From positions 1,312,001 to 1,376,000 of the forward strand of contig OZ252100.1 in NCBI GenBank assembly GCA_965248435.1: a DNA stretch of 64,000 bases. Reading direction: 5' to 3'. The notes beneath the pieces are model-generated. The model was not told the DNA's origin. It worked only from the letters and a program-made list of their open reading frames with translations, and ran no database searches. This DNA is from Candidatus Latescibacterota bacterium (lineage in GTDB: Bacteria > Latescibacterota > UBA2968 > GCA-2709665). Both the position numbers and the translations under genes were made by a program. Below, piece by piece: positions 16,479 through 26,913 of this stretch (position 1 is its first letter; every line of letters begins with the position of its first letter).

Positions 16479-19148
16479 TTGGACAGTGACCTCCGAAAGC
16501 GACTCAAGGACCTCAGGGCGAAAAGCGGCCCAAAAGAACTGCCCAAAAAGAGGATCGAGCTGCTCAGGCGCTATCTAGAGCGAGCCTGGGACGAGGTCCT
16601 CTCCCGACATCGGTCCCAGGCATCCGGACAAGAGGTGGTCGAAGCCCTTACAGAACGCGTCGACACGCTTATTTCATTGCTTCATAGAGAAGCGGTCCTG
16701 GACACCGGAGGAGATCCACCTAGGGGATATGTCGTCTTAGCGCTGGGAGGCTACGGAAGAGCAGCCCTTAATCCAAAGTCTGACGTTGACCTCTTGTTTC
16801 TATCGCAAAAAGTGGAAAAAGCGCACCCTGTTACTCGGACCATACTCCACGCACTTTGGGACCTACGATTCGAGATCGGATACAGCACTCGTACAATCCC
16901 TGATTGTCTTTCCGCAGCGAAGGAGGACCCGGACTCTCTCACGTCCTTGTATGAGGCCCGCTATCTTGTCGGAGACCGCAAACTGGCCAAAAAACTGGAG
17001 GACGCCCTGACAGGGCAATTTTTCGGCCGGAGGGCTCGTACTTTTGTTGCCCAAAAGGTCGAGGAGCGTCGGCAGAGACACGTCAGAGCAGGTCTCTCCG
17101 TTCAACTCCTGGAACCGGACGTAAAGGAGAGTACCGGCGGACTCAGGGAGACGCACGCCGTCGGGTGGCTGCTCAAAGTGCGGGGGGTCGTCACACCCGA
17201 CGGGCTACTGAAAGAACATCTGCTTGACCGAAGAAATTTTCGCCTCTACACCGAAGGTCTCGATTTTCTGCTGCGGACTAGAAACGAGCTTCACTTCCTT
17301 ACGGGGAAACGCCAGGACGTGCTCGAACACGAGCTCCAACCGACGGTCGCTCTCGGTCTCGGATACGAAGACCAGAATGGAGAGTTGGGCGTTGAGCGAT
17401 TCATGCGAGATTACTACCTGCACGCCAGAAACATAAAACATCTTTCCGACTTCATATGTGAGCGGCTGGACGGCCAACCGTCTGTGGCACGCCGTGTCGT
17501 AGGTTTGATCGTAAGGCGAACCCTGGATGATGGGGCCGTCCTCACGCATTCTCACATCGGACTACCTAGAGAAAGGAAGTCCTTCTTTGAAAGCAATCCG
17601 CGTCGGCTCCTGAGCCTCTTTTTGGACAGCCAACGATTCGGGGTTCCAATCAACGAAGCAACTCGCCGAAGCATCCAGGATAGCACCCAGCTTATTGATG
17701 CCGACTTCCGAAGTTCCAAGGAAGCTGCCCACATATTTCTGGAAATCCTGCGTGCCCCTGGAGGGGTAGCTGTAACGCTGCGTACGATGCACGAACTCGG
17801 CATACTGGGCGCCTACATTCCCGAGTTCGATAGCCTGACGTGCCTGGTGCAGTATAATCGTTACCATATCTACACGGCCGATGAACATACGCTGGTGGCA
17901 ATCGAGAATCTAGAGCGTCTTCTCACCGATTCGTCGGACGGAGGAGCCCTTTCTCATCTCAAACGTGTATTCAAAGAAATCCCGAGAAAGGAGACGCTCT
18001 ATTTGGCCGTACTGTTGCACGACGTGGGGAAGTCGGTCCGTGGCTCGGAACACAGCGCCGAAGGTGCGGCCATGGCTCGGGACTTCCTGGTCAGGCTGGG
18101 GCTCCCATCTGAGCAGACAAAGGCCATCATTCTTTTGATTAAGAATCACCTTCAGATGTCACACATCTCGCAGCGCCGGGACTTGTCCGACGAGCGCATG
18201 TTGAAGGAGTTTTCTCGCTCGGTCAAGCATCCAAACCTGCTGCGCATGCTCTATGTGCTCACTTACGCCGATCTTTCTGCCGTGACCCGAACGGCCTGGA
18301 CGGCGTGGAAGGCGCATCTCCTTCGCGAACTTTACGCCAAGACCCTAAACATCTTGACATCGGGGTCGCCATCTGCCGAGGAGGAGCGCAGGCGGCAAGC
18401 CGCCAGCCGGGATCTTGTTGGAGCGCTCAGCGACCGTTTCGGACGGGGCCTGGTGAAGAAGCATGTCGATCGTCTTCCACCACACTATGCTGAACTGAAC
18501 GGTAGCGAAAGCGTAGGGAGACATCTCGATCTGATTCAGAAGCTCGAGAACTCGCCCGTTACGGTCGGGTTTGCACCGAGTCGTTTCTTCTCTGAAGTGA
18601 CCGTCTGCACCCAGGACAAACCTTACAGGCTTTCTGAAATCTGCGGCGTGCTTTCCAGCAACGACATCAATATCTTCAGTGCGCAGGCCTACACGCGTTC
18701 CGACGGGATCGTGATGGATACCTTTCAAGTCACGACCTTGGACGAAACCAGCCATCCCATACACCAGAAGCAGGTGCAAAAACAACTTGCGGAGGTCTTT
18801 CAGGAAAAGGTCAGCCTGGAAGACCTTTTCGTCAGGCATCAGCGGCGGTGGGCCAGGCGAAGGAAACCAGCGGCTCGGATTCCGACCGAGATCCATTTCG
18901 AAAACGACATCTCGGACAGATACACCATCATAGACATCTTTGCACAAGATGCAGTCGGACTTCTCTACAAAATTACGAGCACCCTTTCCGATCTTGGTCT
19001 GGATATCTACACCGCCCGCATCAGTACTCAGGCAGACAGGGCGGTGGACTCCTTCTATGCGATCCGAGACGGCAAAAAGATCGAATCTCAGGAAGAGCAG
19101 GACCGCACAAGAAAGGAGCTTATCGCCCGAATCGAGAGGCCAGATTAG
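16479..19148 (+). CDS. glnD: [Protein-PII] uridylyltransferase / uridylyl-removing enzyme
   Basis: ALGGYGR..L.PKSDVDLL, EPDVKESTGGLR, YHIYTADEH, LLHDVGK, two C-terminal ACT domains. Confidence 0.95.
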   Translation: MDSDLRKRLKDLRAKSGPKELPKKRIELLRRYLERAWDEVLSRHRSQASGQEVVEALTERVDTLISLLHREAVLDTGGDPPRGYVVLALGGYGRAALNPKSDVDLLFLSQKVEKAHPVTRTILHALWDLRFEIGYSTRTIPDCLSAAKEDPDSLTSLYEARYLVGDRKLAKKLEDALTGQFFGRRARTFVAQKVEERRQRHVRAGLSVQLLEPDVKESTGGLRETHAVGWLLKVRGVVTPDGLLKEHLLDRRNFRLYTEGLDFLLRTRNELHFLTGKRQDVLEHELQPTVALGLGYEDQNGELGVERFMRDYYLHARNIKHLSDFICERLDGQPSVARRVVGLIVRRTLDDGAVLTHSHIGLPRERKSFFESNPRRLLSLFLDSQRFGVPINEATRRSIQDSTQLIDADFRSSKEAAHIFLEILRAPGGVAVTLRTMHELGILGAYIPEFDSLTCLVQYNRYHIYTADEHTLVAIENLERLLTDSSDGGALSHLKRVFKEIPRKETLYLAVLLHDVGKSVRGSEHSAEGAAMARDFLVRLGLPSEQTKAIILLIKNHLQMSHISQRRDLSDERMLKEFSRSVKHPNLLRMLYVLTYADLSAVTRTAWTAWKAHLLRELYAKTLNILTSGSPSAEEERRRQAASRDLVGALSDRFGRGLVKKHVDRLPPHYAELNGSESVGRHLDLIQKLENSPVTVGFAPSRFFSEVTVCTQDKPYRLSEICGVLSSNDINIFSAQAYTRSDGIVMDTFQVTTLDETSHPIHQKQVQKQLAEVFQEKVSLEDLFVRHQRRWARRRKPAARIPTEIHFENDISDRYTIIDIFAQDAVGLLYKITSTLSDLGLDIYTARISTQADRAVDSFYAIRDGKKIESQEEQDRTRKELIARIERPD

Positions 19149-19157
19149 AGAAAAAGC

Positions 19158-19187
19158 TTGACAAACCCCGGGGCGTGGGCTTACCTT
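19158..19187 (+). promoter_or_regulatory. Probable sigma70 promoter of rho, followed by a C-rich leader
   Basis: TTGACA-18-TACCTT; leader 19200-19340 is C-rich and G-poor. Confidence 0.5.
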
Positions 19188-19366
19188 ATTTGACAATTAC
19201 CTTCAGATGTCCTCTGCAATTTCCCTCGCACCCGGGTCCTTTTCCCTCGCAGCACCGCGACCGATTCCTTTGTCAACCTGAAAGAATCCTCTAGTATCGC
19301 TCACTCCCTATTCAAGATTCGAAAAACTCCCTTAAATAACTATAAAACAAAACCATAGGTACGGAA

Positions 19367-20680
19367 ATGACGGTTACGACGACCAAAGAAACTGAAAAGA
19401 CGGAAAAGACCGAAAAGATGGAAAAGATGGACATGATCGATCTTCAGAGGATGACGATCGCTGAACTCGGCAAACTCGCCCGGGAACTCAACATACAGGG
19501 ATACAGCAGCCAGAGAAAACAGGAGTTGATTTTTTCGATCCTCCAGGCCCAGACCGAAAAGAGCGGTCTCATCTTCGCGCAAGGTGTCCTGGAGATCCTC
19601 GAGGATGGGTTCGGATTCCTTCGCTCACCGACCTACAACTACCTGCCCGGGCCCGATGACATCTATGTCTCGCACTCCCAGATCAAGCGCTTCAACCTTC
19701 GAACCGGAGACACCATTTCAGGGCAAATTCGGCCCCCGAAGGGTGACGAAAAATATTTCGCCCTGATCCGGGTGGAGGCCGTCAACTTTGAAGACCCAGA
19801 CCAAGCCAAGCATAAGATCCTCTTCGACAATCTCACTCCGCTTTATCCTCGCGAACGGATCGGCCTGGAATATGACAGTAAGGAACTTTCTACGCGGATT
19901 ATGAACCTCCTCACGCCTATAGGCAAGGGACAACGGGGAATGATCGTGGCGCCTCCGTTTACAGGCAAGACCATGCTCCTCCAAAAAATCGCAAATGCCA
20001 TCACGCATAGCCATCCCGAGATCGCGCTTATCGTCCTGCTCATAGACGAGCGCCCGGAAGAAGTCACAGACATGCTTCGGTCAGTAAATGGCGAGGTCAT
20101 CAGTTCGACATTCGATGAACCTGCAACGCGACACGTCCAAGTCGCGGACATGGTCATTGAAAAAGCCAAGCGTCTCGTCGAGCACCAGCAGGATGTCGTC
20201 ATCCTCCTGGATAGCATCACTCGTCTTGCGAGGGCGTATAACACGGTTGTTCCTCACAGCGGACGTATCCTGACCGGAGGCCTTGACTCGAGCGCCATGC
20301 AGTGGCCGAAGCGATTCTTCGGGGCAGCTCGAAACATCGAAGAGGGAGGGAGCCTTACGATCATCGCGACGGCCCTCGTCGAAACCGGAAGCAGGATGGA
20401 CGACGTCATATTCGAAGAGTTCAAGGGTACTGGCAACATGGAGCTCAAACTGGATCGGCGCTTGAGCAATCGCAGGATCTTTCCTGCCATCGATGTAACG
20501 CAGTCCAGCACACGAAAGGAAGAGCTCCTTCTTGAAGAAAAAGAACTGAATCGTGTATGGATCCTCAGGAAGCTCCTCAATCAGACACCGGCACAGGAGG
20601 CGATGGAATTCCTTATCGAACGAGTGTCCGGAACCAAGGGGAATGATGACTTTTTGAACTCCATGAACGCCCCGGTTTAG
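19367..20680 (+). CDS. rho: Transcription termination factor Rho
   Basis: [59 protein letters not shown]. Confidence 0.98.
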   Translation: MTVTTTKETEKTEKTEKMEKMDMIDLQRMTIAELGKLARELNIQGYSSQRKQELIFSILQAQTEKSGLIFAQGVLEILEDGFGFLRSPTYNYLPGPDDIYVSHSQIKRFNLRTGDTISGQIRPPKGDEKYFALIRVEAVNFEDPDQAKHKILFDNLTPLYPRERIGLEYDSKELSTRIMNLLTPIGKGQRGMIVAPPFTGKTMLLQKIANAITHSHPEIALIVLLIDERPEEVTDMLRSVNGEVISSTFDEPATRHVQVADMVIEKAKRLVEHQQDVVILLDSITRLARAYNTVVPHSGRILTGGLDSSAMQWPKRFFGAARNIEEGGSLTIIATALVETGSRMDDVIFEEFKGTGNMELKLDRRLSNRRIFPAIDVTQSSTRKEELLLEEKELNRVWILRKLLNQTPAQEAMEFLIERVSGTKGNDDFLNSMNAPV

Positions 20681-20763
20681 AGGCTTGTGTTTTTCGCCGG
20701 TTTGTGTATATTTCCGTGCTGATTGGTGGCCGAGGCTGTGGTTGAGCTTGTCAGGAGTTACAG

Positions 20764-21003
20764 ATGAAACCCGATGTCCATCCCGAATACGTAGAAACGA
20801 CGATCACTTGTGCGTGCGGAAACTCGATCGAGACGCGGTCTACTGCACCGAACCTCCGGGTTGAAATTTGCTCCAATTGCCATCCCTTTTACACGGGCAA
20901 GCAGAAACTGGTCGACACCGCCGGAATGGTAGAACGATACCGCAGACGCTACAAGATCGAGGAGAAAGAGGGAGCCGAGGAAACGAATTCATCTGAAGGG
21001 TAG
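20764..21003 (+). CDS. rpmE: 50S ribosomal protein L31 (Zn-binding type)
   Basis: MKPDVHPEY...CACG...[13 protein letters not shown]. Confidence 0.97.
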   Translation: MKPDVHPEYVETTITCACGNSIETRSTAPNLRVEICSNCHPFYTGKQKLVDTAGMVERYRRRYKIEEKEGAEETNSSEG

Positions 21004-21021
21004 ATTGAGATACACAGACAC

Positions 21022-21079
21022 GGTGAATGGGCTTGGCATTCGGTTCATCCGATTGCCAATACTGCTTCACCTTTTTTTT
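21022..21079 (+). terminator. Long imperfect hairpin plus U8 after rpmE
   Basis: GGTGAA/TTCACC, TTGGCA/TGCCAA and TCGG/CCGA stems, then T8. Confidence 0.6.
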
Positions 21080-21108
21080 ATCTGATTTTCTACATAAGGT
21101 CCCGGGAC

Positions 21109-22194
21109 ATGTTTGAGCAATTAAAACAAGCTTCCGATCGTTACGAGGAAATCGGCCAAGAAATGGCCCGTCCGGAAGTGGCGTCGAACCCCGGTAAGTT
21201 CCAACAGCTAACGAAGGAGTTCCACGGTCTGGAAAGGCTTGTCACAAACTATAGAGCATACGAAAAGGTCGTCCGGGAGTTGTCGGAAGCCAAGGACATC
21301 ATCAAGACTTCAGATGATCCCGAGCTTCTCGAGATGGCTCGCCTCGAAGAAGAGGATCTTCAGAGGCAGGAGACCGAATTCGCCGAAAAGCTAAAAATTC
21401 TCCTTATACCCAAAGATCCAAGCGATGATAAGAATACAGTCGTCGAGATTCGTGCCGGGGCCGGAGGCGATGAGGCTGCCCTCTTCGCCGCAGATCTCCA
21501 TCGAATGTACACGAAGTATGGAGAATCTCTGGGATGGAAGGTGGAGTCCCTGAGCTCTAATCCCACAGGGATAGGGGGTTTTAAGGAAATCATCTTTTTG
21601 GTTTCCGGAAAGGGTGTTTACGCTCGGCTCAAGTATGAAAGTGGTGTTCATAGAGTTCAGCGGATACCGGCAACCGAATCCAGCGGCAGAATTCATACAT
21701 CTACGGCGACAGTTGCTGTTCTGCCGGAGGCGAAGGAGGTGGAGATTGATATCAATCCAGAGGACTTGAAGGTAGACGTCTATCGGTCGTCTGGCCCCGG
21801 GGGGCAGAGCGTGAACACCACGGACTCGGCCGTCAGGATCACGCACCTCCCATCGGGCCTCGTCGTTCAATGCCAGGATGAAAAATCACAGCACAAGAAC
21901 AAAGCCAAGGCCTTCAAAGTGCTTCGTGCCCGCCTCCTCGACAAGGCCATCGGCGAGCAGCACGAAAAGGCGTCTCAGGACCGCAGAGACCAGGTGGGTA
22001 CTGGAGATCGAAGCGCGAAGATACGCACTTACAATTTCCCCCAGAGTCGCATCACGGACCACCGAATAAAATTGACGCTGCACCGACTGGACGAAGTCCT
22101 GGATGGTGATTTGGACGAGCTCATCGACACCCTTTCCCTGACCGACCAGGCAGAAAAACTCAGCGGACAGGAGATCTATCCGGAATCTCCTTGA
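21109..22194 (+). CDS. prfA: Peptide chain release factor 1
   Basis: [20 protein letters not shown] (PxT), [18 protein letters not shown]. Confidence 0.97.
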   Translation: MFEQLKQASDRYEEIGQEMARPEVASNPGKFQQLTKEFHGLERLVTNYRAYEKVVRELSEAKDIIKTSDDPELLEMARLEEEDLQRQETEFAEKLKILLIPKDPSDDKNTVVEIRAGAGGDEAALFAADLHRMYTKYGESLGWKVESLSSNPTGIGGFKEIIFLVSGKGVYARLKYESGVHRVQRIPATESSGRIHTSTATVAVLPEAKEVEIDINPEDLKVDVYRSSGPGGQSVNTTDSAVRITHLPSGLVVQCQDEKSQHKNKAKAFKVLRARLLDKAIGEQHEKASQDRRDQVGTGDRSAKIRTYNFPQSRITDHRIKLTLHRLDEVLDGDLDELIDTLSLTDQAEKLSGQEIYPESP

Positions 22195-23069
22195 TGCGCA
22201 CGCTTCCGTCTTTATCCACGGTCTCGGATTCCCTGACCTGGACCATCCAGGTCCTCACCGAGGTCGGCGTGGATTCGCCACGGCTCGAAGCTGAATGGCT
22301 GCTGACCGACCTGCTTTCCACAACCCGGGCCAACCTGTATCTCGACAACATCCTGATTCTGACTCCGAATCAATCTGAATCCCTCCAAAAGTCCGTTTTT
22401 CGGCGTAGCCAGCGCGTTCCCATTCAGTACATCCTTGGGAAAACGGAATTCTACGCCTTGCCATTCTGTGTCACGCCAGAAGTGCTTATCCCCAGGCCCG
22501 AGACCGAAGTCCTGGTGGATTCGGTCATCGACCGGCTCCGGAACCTGCCTCATCAAACTATTCTCGAAATTGGGACGGGATCAGGCGCCATTGCAGTGGG
22601 CCTTGCCCACAACCTCCCCTCGAGCAGCCTCGTGGCCACAGACGTATCGGTCAAAGCGCTGAAAATTGCGGCGGAAAATGCAAGAATCAACCGCACGGAA
22701 TGCCGTGTGTCGTTTATCCTCTCCAACCTCTTTTCGGCTTTGCGTCCCGCTCCCCTGTTTCACGCGGTCGTATCAAACCCGCCCTACATCACCTCTCACG
22801 AGCTTGACGGCCTCCCGGCAGAGGTGCGAGAACACGAACCCAAGCTCGCCCTTGACGGAGGCCCGGATGGCCTTCGGTTCTACCGTCCCCTGATTTCACA
22901 GGCGGGCCGGTATCTTCACCGGGAGGGATGGCTGGCGATGGAAGTCGATGATCGGCGCGCCAAGGATGTAAGCACGCTCCTGTCCCGGTCCGTCGAATTT
23001 GGAAGCCCTGAAACGATCCAGGATTTGAGCTCTCGAAACCGGGTCCTTGTTGTCCAGAAACGTGCCTGA
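22194..23069 (+). CDS. prmC: Release factor glutamine methyltransferase
   Basis: VLIPRPETE, EIGTGSG, SNPPY, ALDGG.DGL; TGATG overlap with prfA. Confidence 0.95.
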   Translation: MRTLPSLSTVSDSLTWTIQVLTEVGVDSPRLEAEWLLTDLLSTTRANLYLDNILILTPNQSESLQKSVFRRSQRVPIQYILGKTEFYALPFCVTPEVLIPRPETEVLVDSVIDRLRNLPHQTILEIGTGSGAIAVGLAHNLPSSSLVATDVSVKALKIAAENARINRTECRVSFILSNLFSALRPAPLFHAVVSNPPYITSHELDGLPAEVREHEPKLALDGGPDGLRFYRPLISQAGRYLHREGWLAMEVDDRRAKDVSTLLSRSVEFGSPETIQDLSSRNRVLVVQKRA

Positions 23070-23153
23070 GGGTCCCGCCTTTCGTTCATGACTGTCCTTC
23101 GAGCCCTGGTATTAGGTGGCTTTAAAACCTGCTTGCCCGGGCTTTAGAAATGG

Positions 23154-23182
23154 TTGACAAGGGAAGCGCTTTTAGTTAATTT
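23154..23182 (+). promoter_or_regulatory. sigma70-type promoter
   Basis: TTGACA-17-TAATTT. Confidence 0.55.
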
Positions 23183-23224
23183 GACACAACTTACGACGTC
23201 TTTCCGCTGGCCTTTCCACCCCGG

Positions 23225-24199
23225 ATGGACCCAATGTTCGATCAAATCATCTCACCGATCTCTCCCCAAATTGAGCGTTTCGAGCAGCGCCTCGATCAAA
23301 CGCTTACCTCAGACGTCGAATTGGTCCAGACGATGTCAGATCACCTGATGGAGACGCGTGGCAAACGATTTCGACCCGCGCTTTCCCTTCTGACTGCCCA
23401 GGCCATAGGTGACTGCTCCGACGACGTAATCGACGCCTCTGTGGGGATAGAATTGATCCACTGGGCCACACTCATACACGACGATGTGATTGACCTGGCG
23501 GAAACCCGACGCGGCGCGGAGGTGATCAACTTTCGCTGGGGAGACCATGCGGCCGTACTGATGGGAGACCTCCTCCTTGCTCGAGCCCTCGAGGTCCTGG
23601 TCGGGCTCAACTCAATGGCAGTGATGGAGGCAGCGACCCGCGCGACCCGGCGCATGATCGAAGGCGAAATCCTCGAAATTCAGCGAGGTAGCGACGCGGA
23701 GACCGAACTCTACTTCCACATGATCGACAAGAAGACGGCCTCCCTCATGGCCCTCGCTTGCGAGGTCGGTGCTATATTGGGCGGGGGCACACCGGAGCAG
23801 ATCGCACAAATGTTCTCCTTCGGCAAAGAGGTTGGGATCGCATTCCAGATCACGGACGACCTGCTGGATTTCATAGGGGATGCGGAATCGTTGGGCAAAC
23901 CCGTCGGGAGTGACGTTCGGGAAAAAAAGGTCACGCTTCCCCTCATCCGCGCACTCGCAAACTGCCAGAACGGCGAAGCTGAGCAGATTCGTGCGAAAGT
24001 CCGCGACGGAATCGAATCAGATGAGGACTTTCAAGAGGTCTTCCACTTCGTCCACCGATACGGGGGAATCGAACAGGCCAGAGAAGAAGCACGTACCTAT
24101 GCGAAGTCTGCTTTGAAAAATCTGGATCCCCTGCGCTCTTCAGAGGCCCGCGAGGCACTCGAACTCGCCGTACACCACGTCGTTGATCGGGAGCGCTAG
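23225..24199 (+). CDS. ispB: Long-chain polyprenyl diphosphate synthase (IspB/HepT-like)
   Basis: GKRFRP, ATLIHDDVID..ETRRG, KKTASL, FQITDDLLD, GKPVGSD. Confidence 0.85.
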   Translation: MDPMFDQIISPISPQIERFEQRLDQTLTSDVELVQTMSDHLMETRGKRFRPALSLLTAQAIGDCSDDVIDASVGIELIHWATLIHDDVIDLAETRRGAEVINFRWGDHAAVLMGDLLLARALEVLVGLNSMAVMEAATRATRRMIEGEILEIQRGSDAETELYFHMIDKKTASLMALACEVGAILGGGTPEQIAQMFSFGKEVGIAFQITDDLLDFIGDAESLGKPVGSDVREKKVTLPLIRALANCQNGEAEQIRAKVRDGIESDEDFQEVFHFVHRYGGIEQAREEARTYAKSALKNLDPLRSSEAREALELAVHHVVDRER

Positions 24200-24296
24200 T
24201 TTGATCGACCGAAGGTGCTCCTCCCCTGGAAGTCCGCTGTTTCGATCCTTCGTTCACTACCAGCAATTCACCATTCCTCAAGAATAGAGATTCAAA

Positions 24297-26837
24297 ATGA
24301 AGCGAGACACGTGGCGGCTATTGCTCATTCTGGCGACAGTCGTAATTGCTCTTCTCTACCTATACCCGAGCTACAAATTCTACTTCTCCCCACCGGAAGA
24401 CCCTGACGAGTTGGAGCTCGTCAAACGGAACTCGATCAACCTTGGCCTGGATCTTCAAGGTGGTATTCACCTGGTTCTGGAGGTCGACCCCAGCGGACTT
24501 TCTGAAGATGAACGGGAGGATGTCGTCGATCGCGTCAAGGAGATCATCACCAATCGCGTCGACCAGTTCGGAGTCTCAGAACCCATCATTCATCGAGAGG
24601 GAGACTGGCGCATTGTCGTTGAGTTGCCTGGAATTCAGGAAGTAGAGCGGGCAAAGGACCTCATCGGAAAAACGGCGCGCCTGGAGTTCAAGATTCTCAA
24701 ATCGACTCAGGAGCGCGGCGCCTTGCTGGATAAGATCGAATCTCACCTCATCGCCGCTTACGGTGACACTTCCGAAGCCGAATCCGATGCGTTGTTCGAG
24801 GAGCCCTCGGAAGATCGGCCGTCTTTGAAGCGGCACCTCCTCTCCTACGGAAGCGATGACTGGGTCGTATCCGAGGAGGACCTACCAAAGGTAAGGCAGA
24901 TCCTGAATCAACCGGGTGTCGAGAAGCTCGTTCCGGCCGACGGAGAGTTCCTTTGGGAAAGCAAAACCGAAGAATTGTCCGACGGGCGAAGGTATCGTAG
25001 GTTGTATTACTTGAAATCTCGCATAGAAATGACGGGCGAGACCATCGGCGATGCCAAGGTGTCTACGGGTCAATCCTTCCAGAACGCGGGTCAACCGATC
25101 GTAAACCTTACCATGAAGGATGAGGGGGTGAAGATTTTTTCCCGGGTGACCGGCGCCCACGTCGGCGAAAGGATGGCCATCATCCTGGACAACCGAATCT
25201 ATTCTGCACCCACGATCCAGGTCAAGATCAGAGACGGCAGGTCCATCATTACGGGCAGCTCCACGACTGAAGAGGCTAAAGATCTCTCCATCGTCCTCCG
25301 CTCCGGGTCTCTTCCTACGAACGCCGAGATCGTCGAAGATCGGACGGTCGGCCCTTCTCTTGGGCGGGACTCCATCGAGCAAGGCAAGAAGGCGGCCGCG
25401 GTCGGAATGGTCATAGTGATGGTGTTCATGGTCGTCTACTACGGTTTTGCCGGACTTGTCGCAAACCTGGCGCTTATCTTGAATCTCGTCTTTGTCCTGG
25501 CGATTCTGGCGGGATTTGGGGGCACACTTACATTACCCGGCATCGCGGGAATTATCCTCACCATCGGGATGGCCGTGGACGCGAACGTGCTCATCTTCGA
25601 GCGGATCAGAGAGGAGCTGCGCACAGGGAAGACGATTCGTCCCGCGATCGAAAACGGCTACGGGCGGGCCATGCTGACCATCGTGGACGCCAACCTGACG
25701 ACCGTGATTACCGCGGTCGTCCTCTATCAGTTTGGAACCGGGCCGATCAAGGGGTTTGCACTCACCTTGATGGTCGGCATCATTTCCAGCATGTTCACGG
25801 CCCTTTTCGTAACCCGAACGATCTTCAATTCGCTCATCCAGCGCTTGCAGTTGACATCGATCAGCATTGGCAGACTGCGCATCTTTGGGCATACCTTGTT
25901 CGACTTTCTGCGCATACGCAGGGCGGCATTTGTGGGGTCCGTGCTGGTTATTCTTGTCGGGCTGGGGTCTTCCATCACCAAGGGTGGCTACAACATCGGA
26001 ATCGACTTCGCTGGAGGCACGCTACTGGAACTCCATTTCACACCGCCAGTACCCGTGGGCGAAATAAGAGAAGCCCTTGGCCGGGTGGATCTGGAACACA
26101 GGACCGTGGACCTCAGGCAGAGCGAGATCAAACAATTCGGTCCGCCGACAGATGTCCTCATCAGGGTCGAAGAGGAGGCGGAAGGCACCCTTGTGGGAGA
26201 CGCCATTAAGAAAACACTCAGAACCAGATTTGCCTCCTTCATCGGAGACGAAACGGAGTGGCTTCGGCGTCAGGAAGCCGTCGGCCCAAAGATCGGAAGC
26301 GAGTTGAAAAGTGACGCGATAAAAGCGATTCTGCTCTCCATGGTCCTGATTATTCTATACATCTGGTGGCGTTTCAAACAGATTCAGTTCGGGATCGCGG
26401 CCGTTGCTGCCCTCCTTCACGACGTCCTGATTACGCTCGGGATCTTCTCGCTGACGAATAAAGAGATTTCATTGGCGATTGTGGCCGCGCTCCTGACGAT
26501 CGTGGGCTATTCCCTGAACGACACGATTGTGGTATTCGACAGGATCAGAGAAAATCTCAATCTTCATCGCAGAGACAGCTACAGAAACATCATCAACAGG
26601 AGCATAAACGAATGCCTTAACCGGACAGCGTTGACCTCAGGCACGACCCTTCTGGTGGTGATCGCGCTGTTTGTGTCTGGCGGCGAGGTCATTCACGACT
26701 TCGCTTTTGCCCTCATTATCGGGGTTGTGGTAGGGACCTACTCGTCCTCCTTCGTGGCGAGCCCCTTGGTGGTGGAATGGCAGGCCGCCTCCGAACGCCG
26801 CTCCGGCGGCGTGATCGGTCGACGCGCCGCATCGTGA
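24297..26837 (+). CDS. secDF: Fused protein translocase subunit SecDF
   Basis: LGLDLQGG, RVDQFGVSEP, GMAVDANVLIFERIREE, GIDFAGG, GYSLNDTIVVFDRIRE. Confidence 0.96.
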   Translation: MKRDTWRLLLILATVVIALLYLYPSYKFYFSPPEDPDELELVKRNSINLGLDLQGGIHLVLEVDPSGLSEDEREDVVDRVKEIITNRVDQFGVSEPIIHREGDWRIVVELPGIQEVERAKDLIGKTARLEFKILKSTQERGALLDKIESHLIAAYGDTSEAESDALFEEPSEDRPSLKRHLLSYGSDDWVVSEEDLPKVRQILNQPGVEKLVPADGEFLWESKTEELSDGRRYRRLYYLKSRIEMTGETIGDAKVSTGQSFQNAGQPIVNLTMKDEGVKIFSRVTGAHVGERMAIILDNRIYSAPTIQVKIRDGRSIITGSSTTEEAKDLSIVLRSGSLPTNAEIVEDRTVGPSLGRDSIEQGKKAAAVGMVIVMVFMVVYYGFAGLVANLALILNLVFVLAILAGFGGTLTLPGIAGIILTIGMAVDANVLIFERIREELRTGKTIRPAIENGYGRAMLTIVDANLTTVITAVVLYQFGTGPIKGFALTLMVGIISSMFTALFVTRTIFNSLIQRLQLTSISIGRLRIFGHTLFDFLRIRRAAFVGSVLVILVGLGSSITKGGYNIGIDFAGGTLLELHFTPPVPVGEIREALGRVDLEHRTVDLRQSEIKQFGPPTDVLIRVEEEAEGTLVGDAIKKTLRTRFASFIGDETEWLRRQEAVGPKIGSELKSDAIKAILLSMVLIILYIWWRFKQIQFGIAAVAALLHDVLITLGIFSLTNKEISLAIVAALLTIVGYSLNDTIVVFDRIRENLNLHRRDSYRNIINRSINECLNRTALTSGTTLLVVIALFVSGGEVIHDFAFALIIGVVVGTYSSSFVASPLVVEWQAASERRSGGVIGRRAAS

Positions 26838-26848
26838 CGGCAGTCAAC

Positions 26849-26894
26849 AAAAAATAAAGAGAGGCCCGACGGGGAACCGTCGGGCCTCTCTTTT
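26849..26894. terminator. Bidirectional intrinsic terminator
   Basis: 17-bp perfect stem AAAGAGAGGCCCGACGG-ggaa-CCGTCGGGCCTCTCTTT between convergent genes. Confidence 0.85.
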
Positions 26895-26913
26895 AGCCTG
26901 GGATTGATTTTGG

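Noticed and set aside
18345-19196. 283-aa minus-strand ORF
   Set aside because: Antisense shadow of glnD.
19380-19432. 9-bp GAAAAGAC-like repeats at the rho 5' end ([12 protein letters not shown])
   Set aside because: Short in-frame low-complexity tract, common in Rho N-termini.
21004-21108. Possible riboswitch or sRNA between rpmE and prfA
   Set aside because: Explained by a single long hairpin plus U-tract; no aptamer motif recognised.
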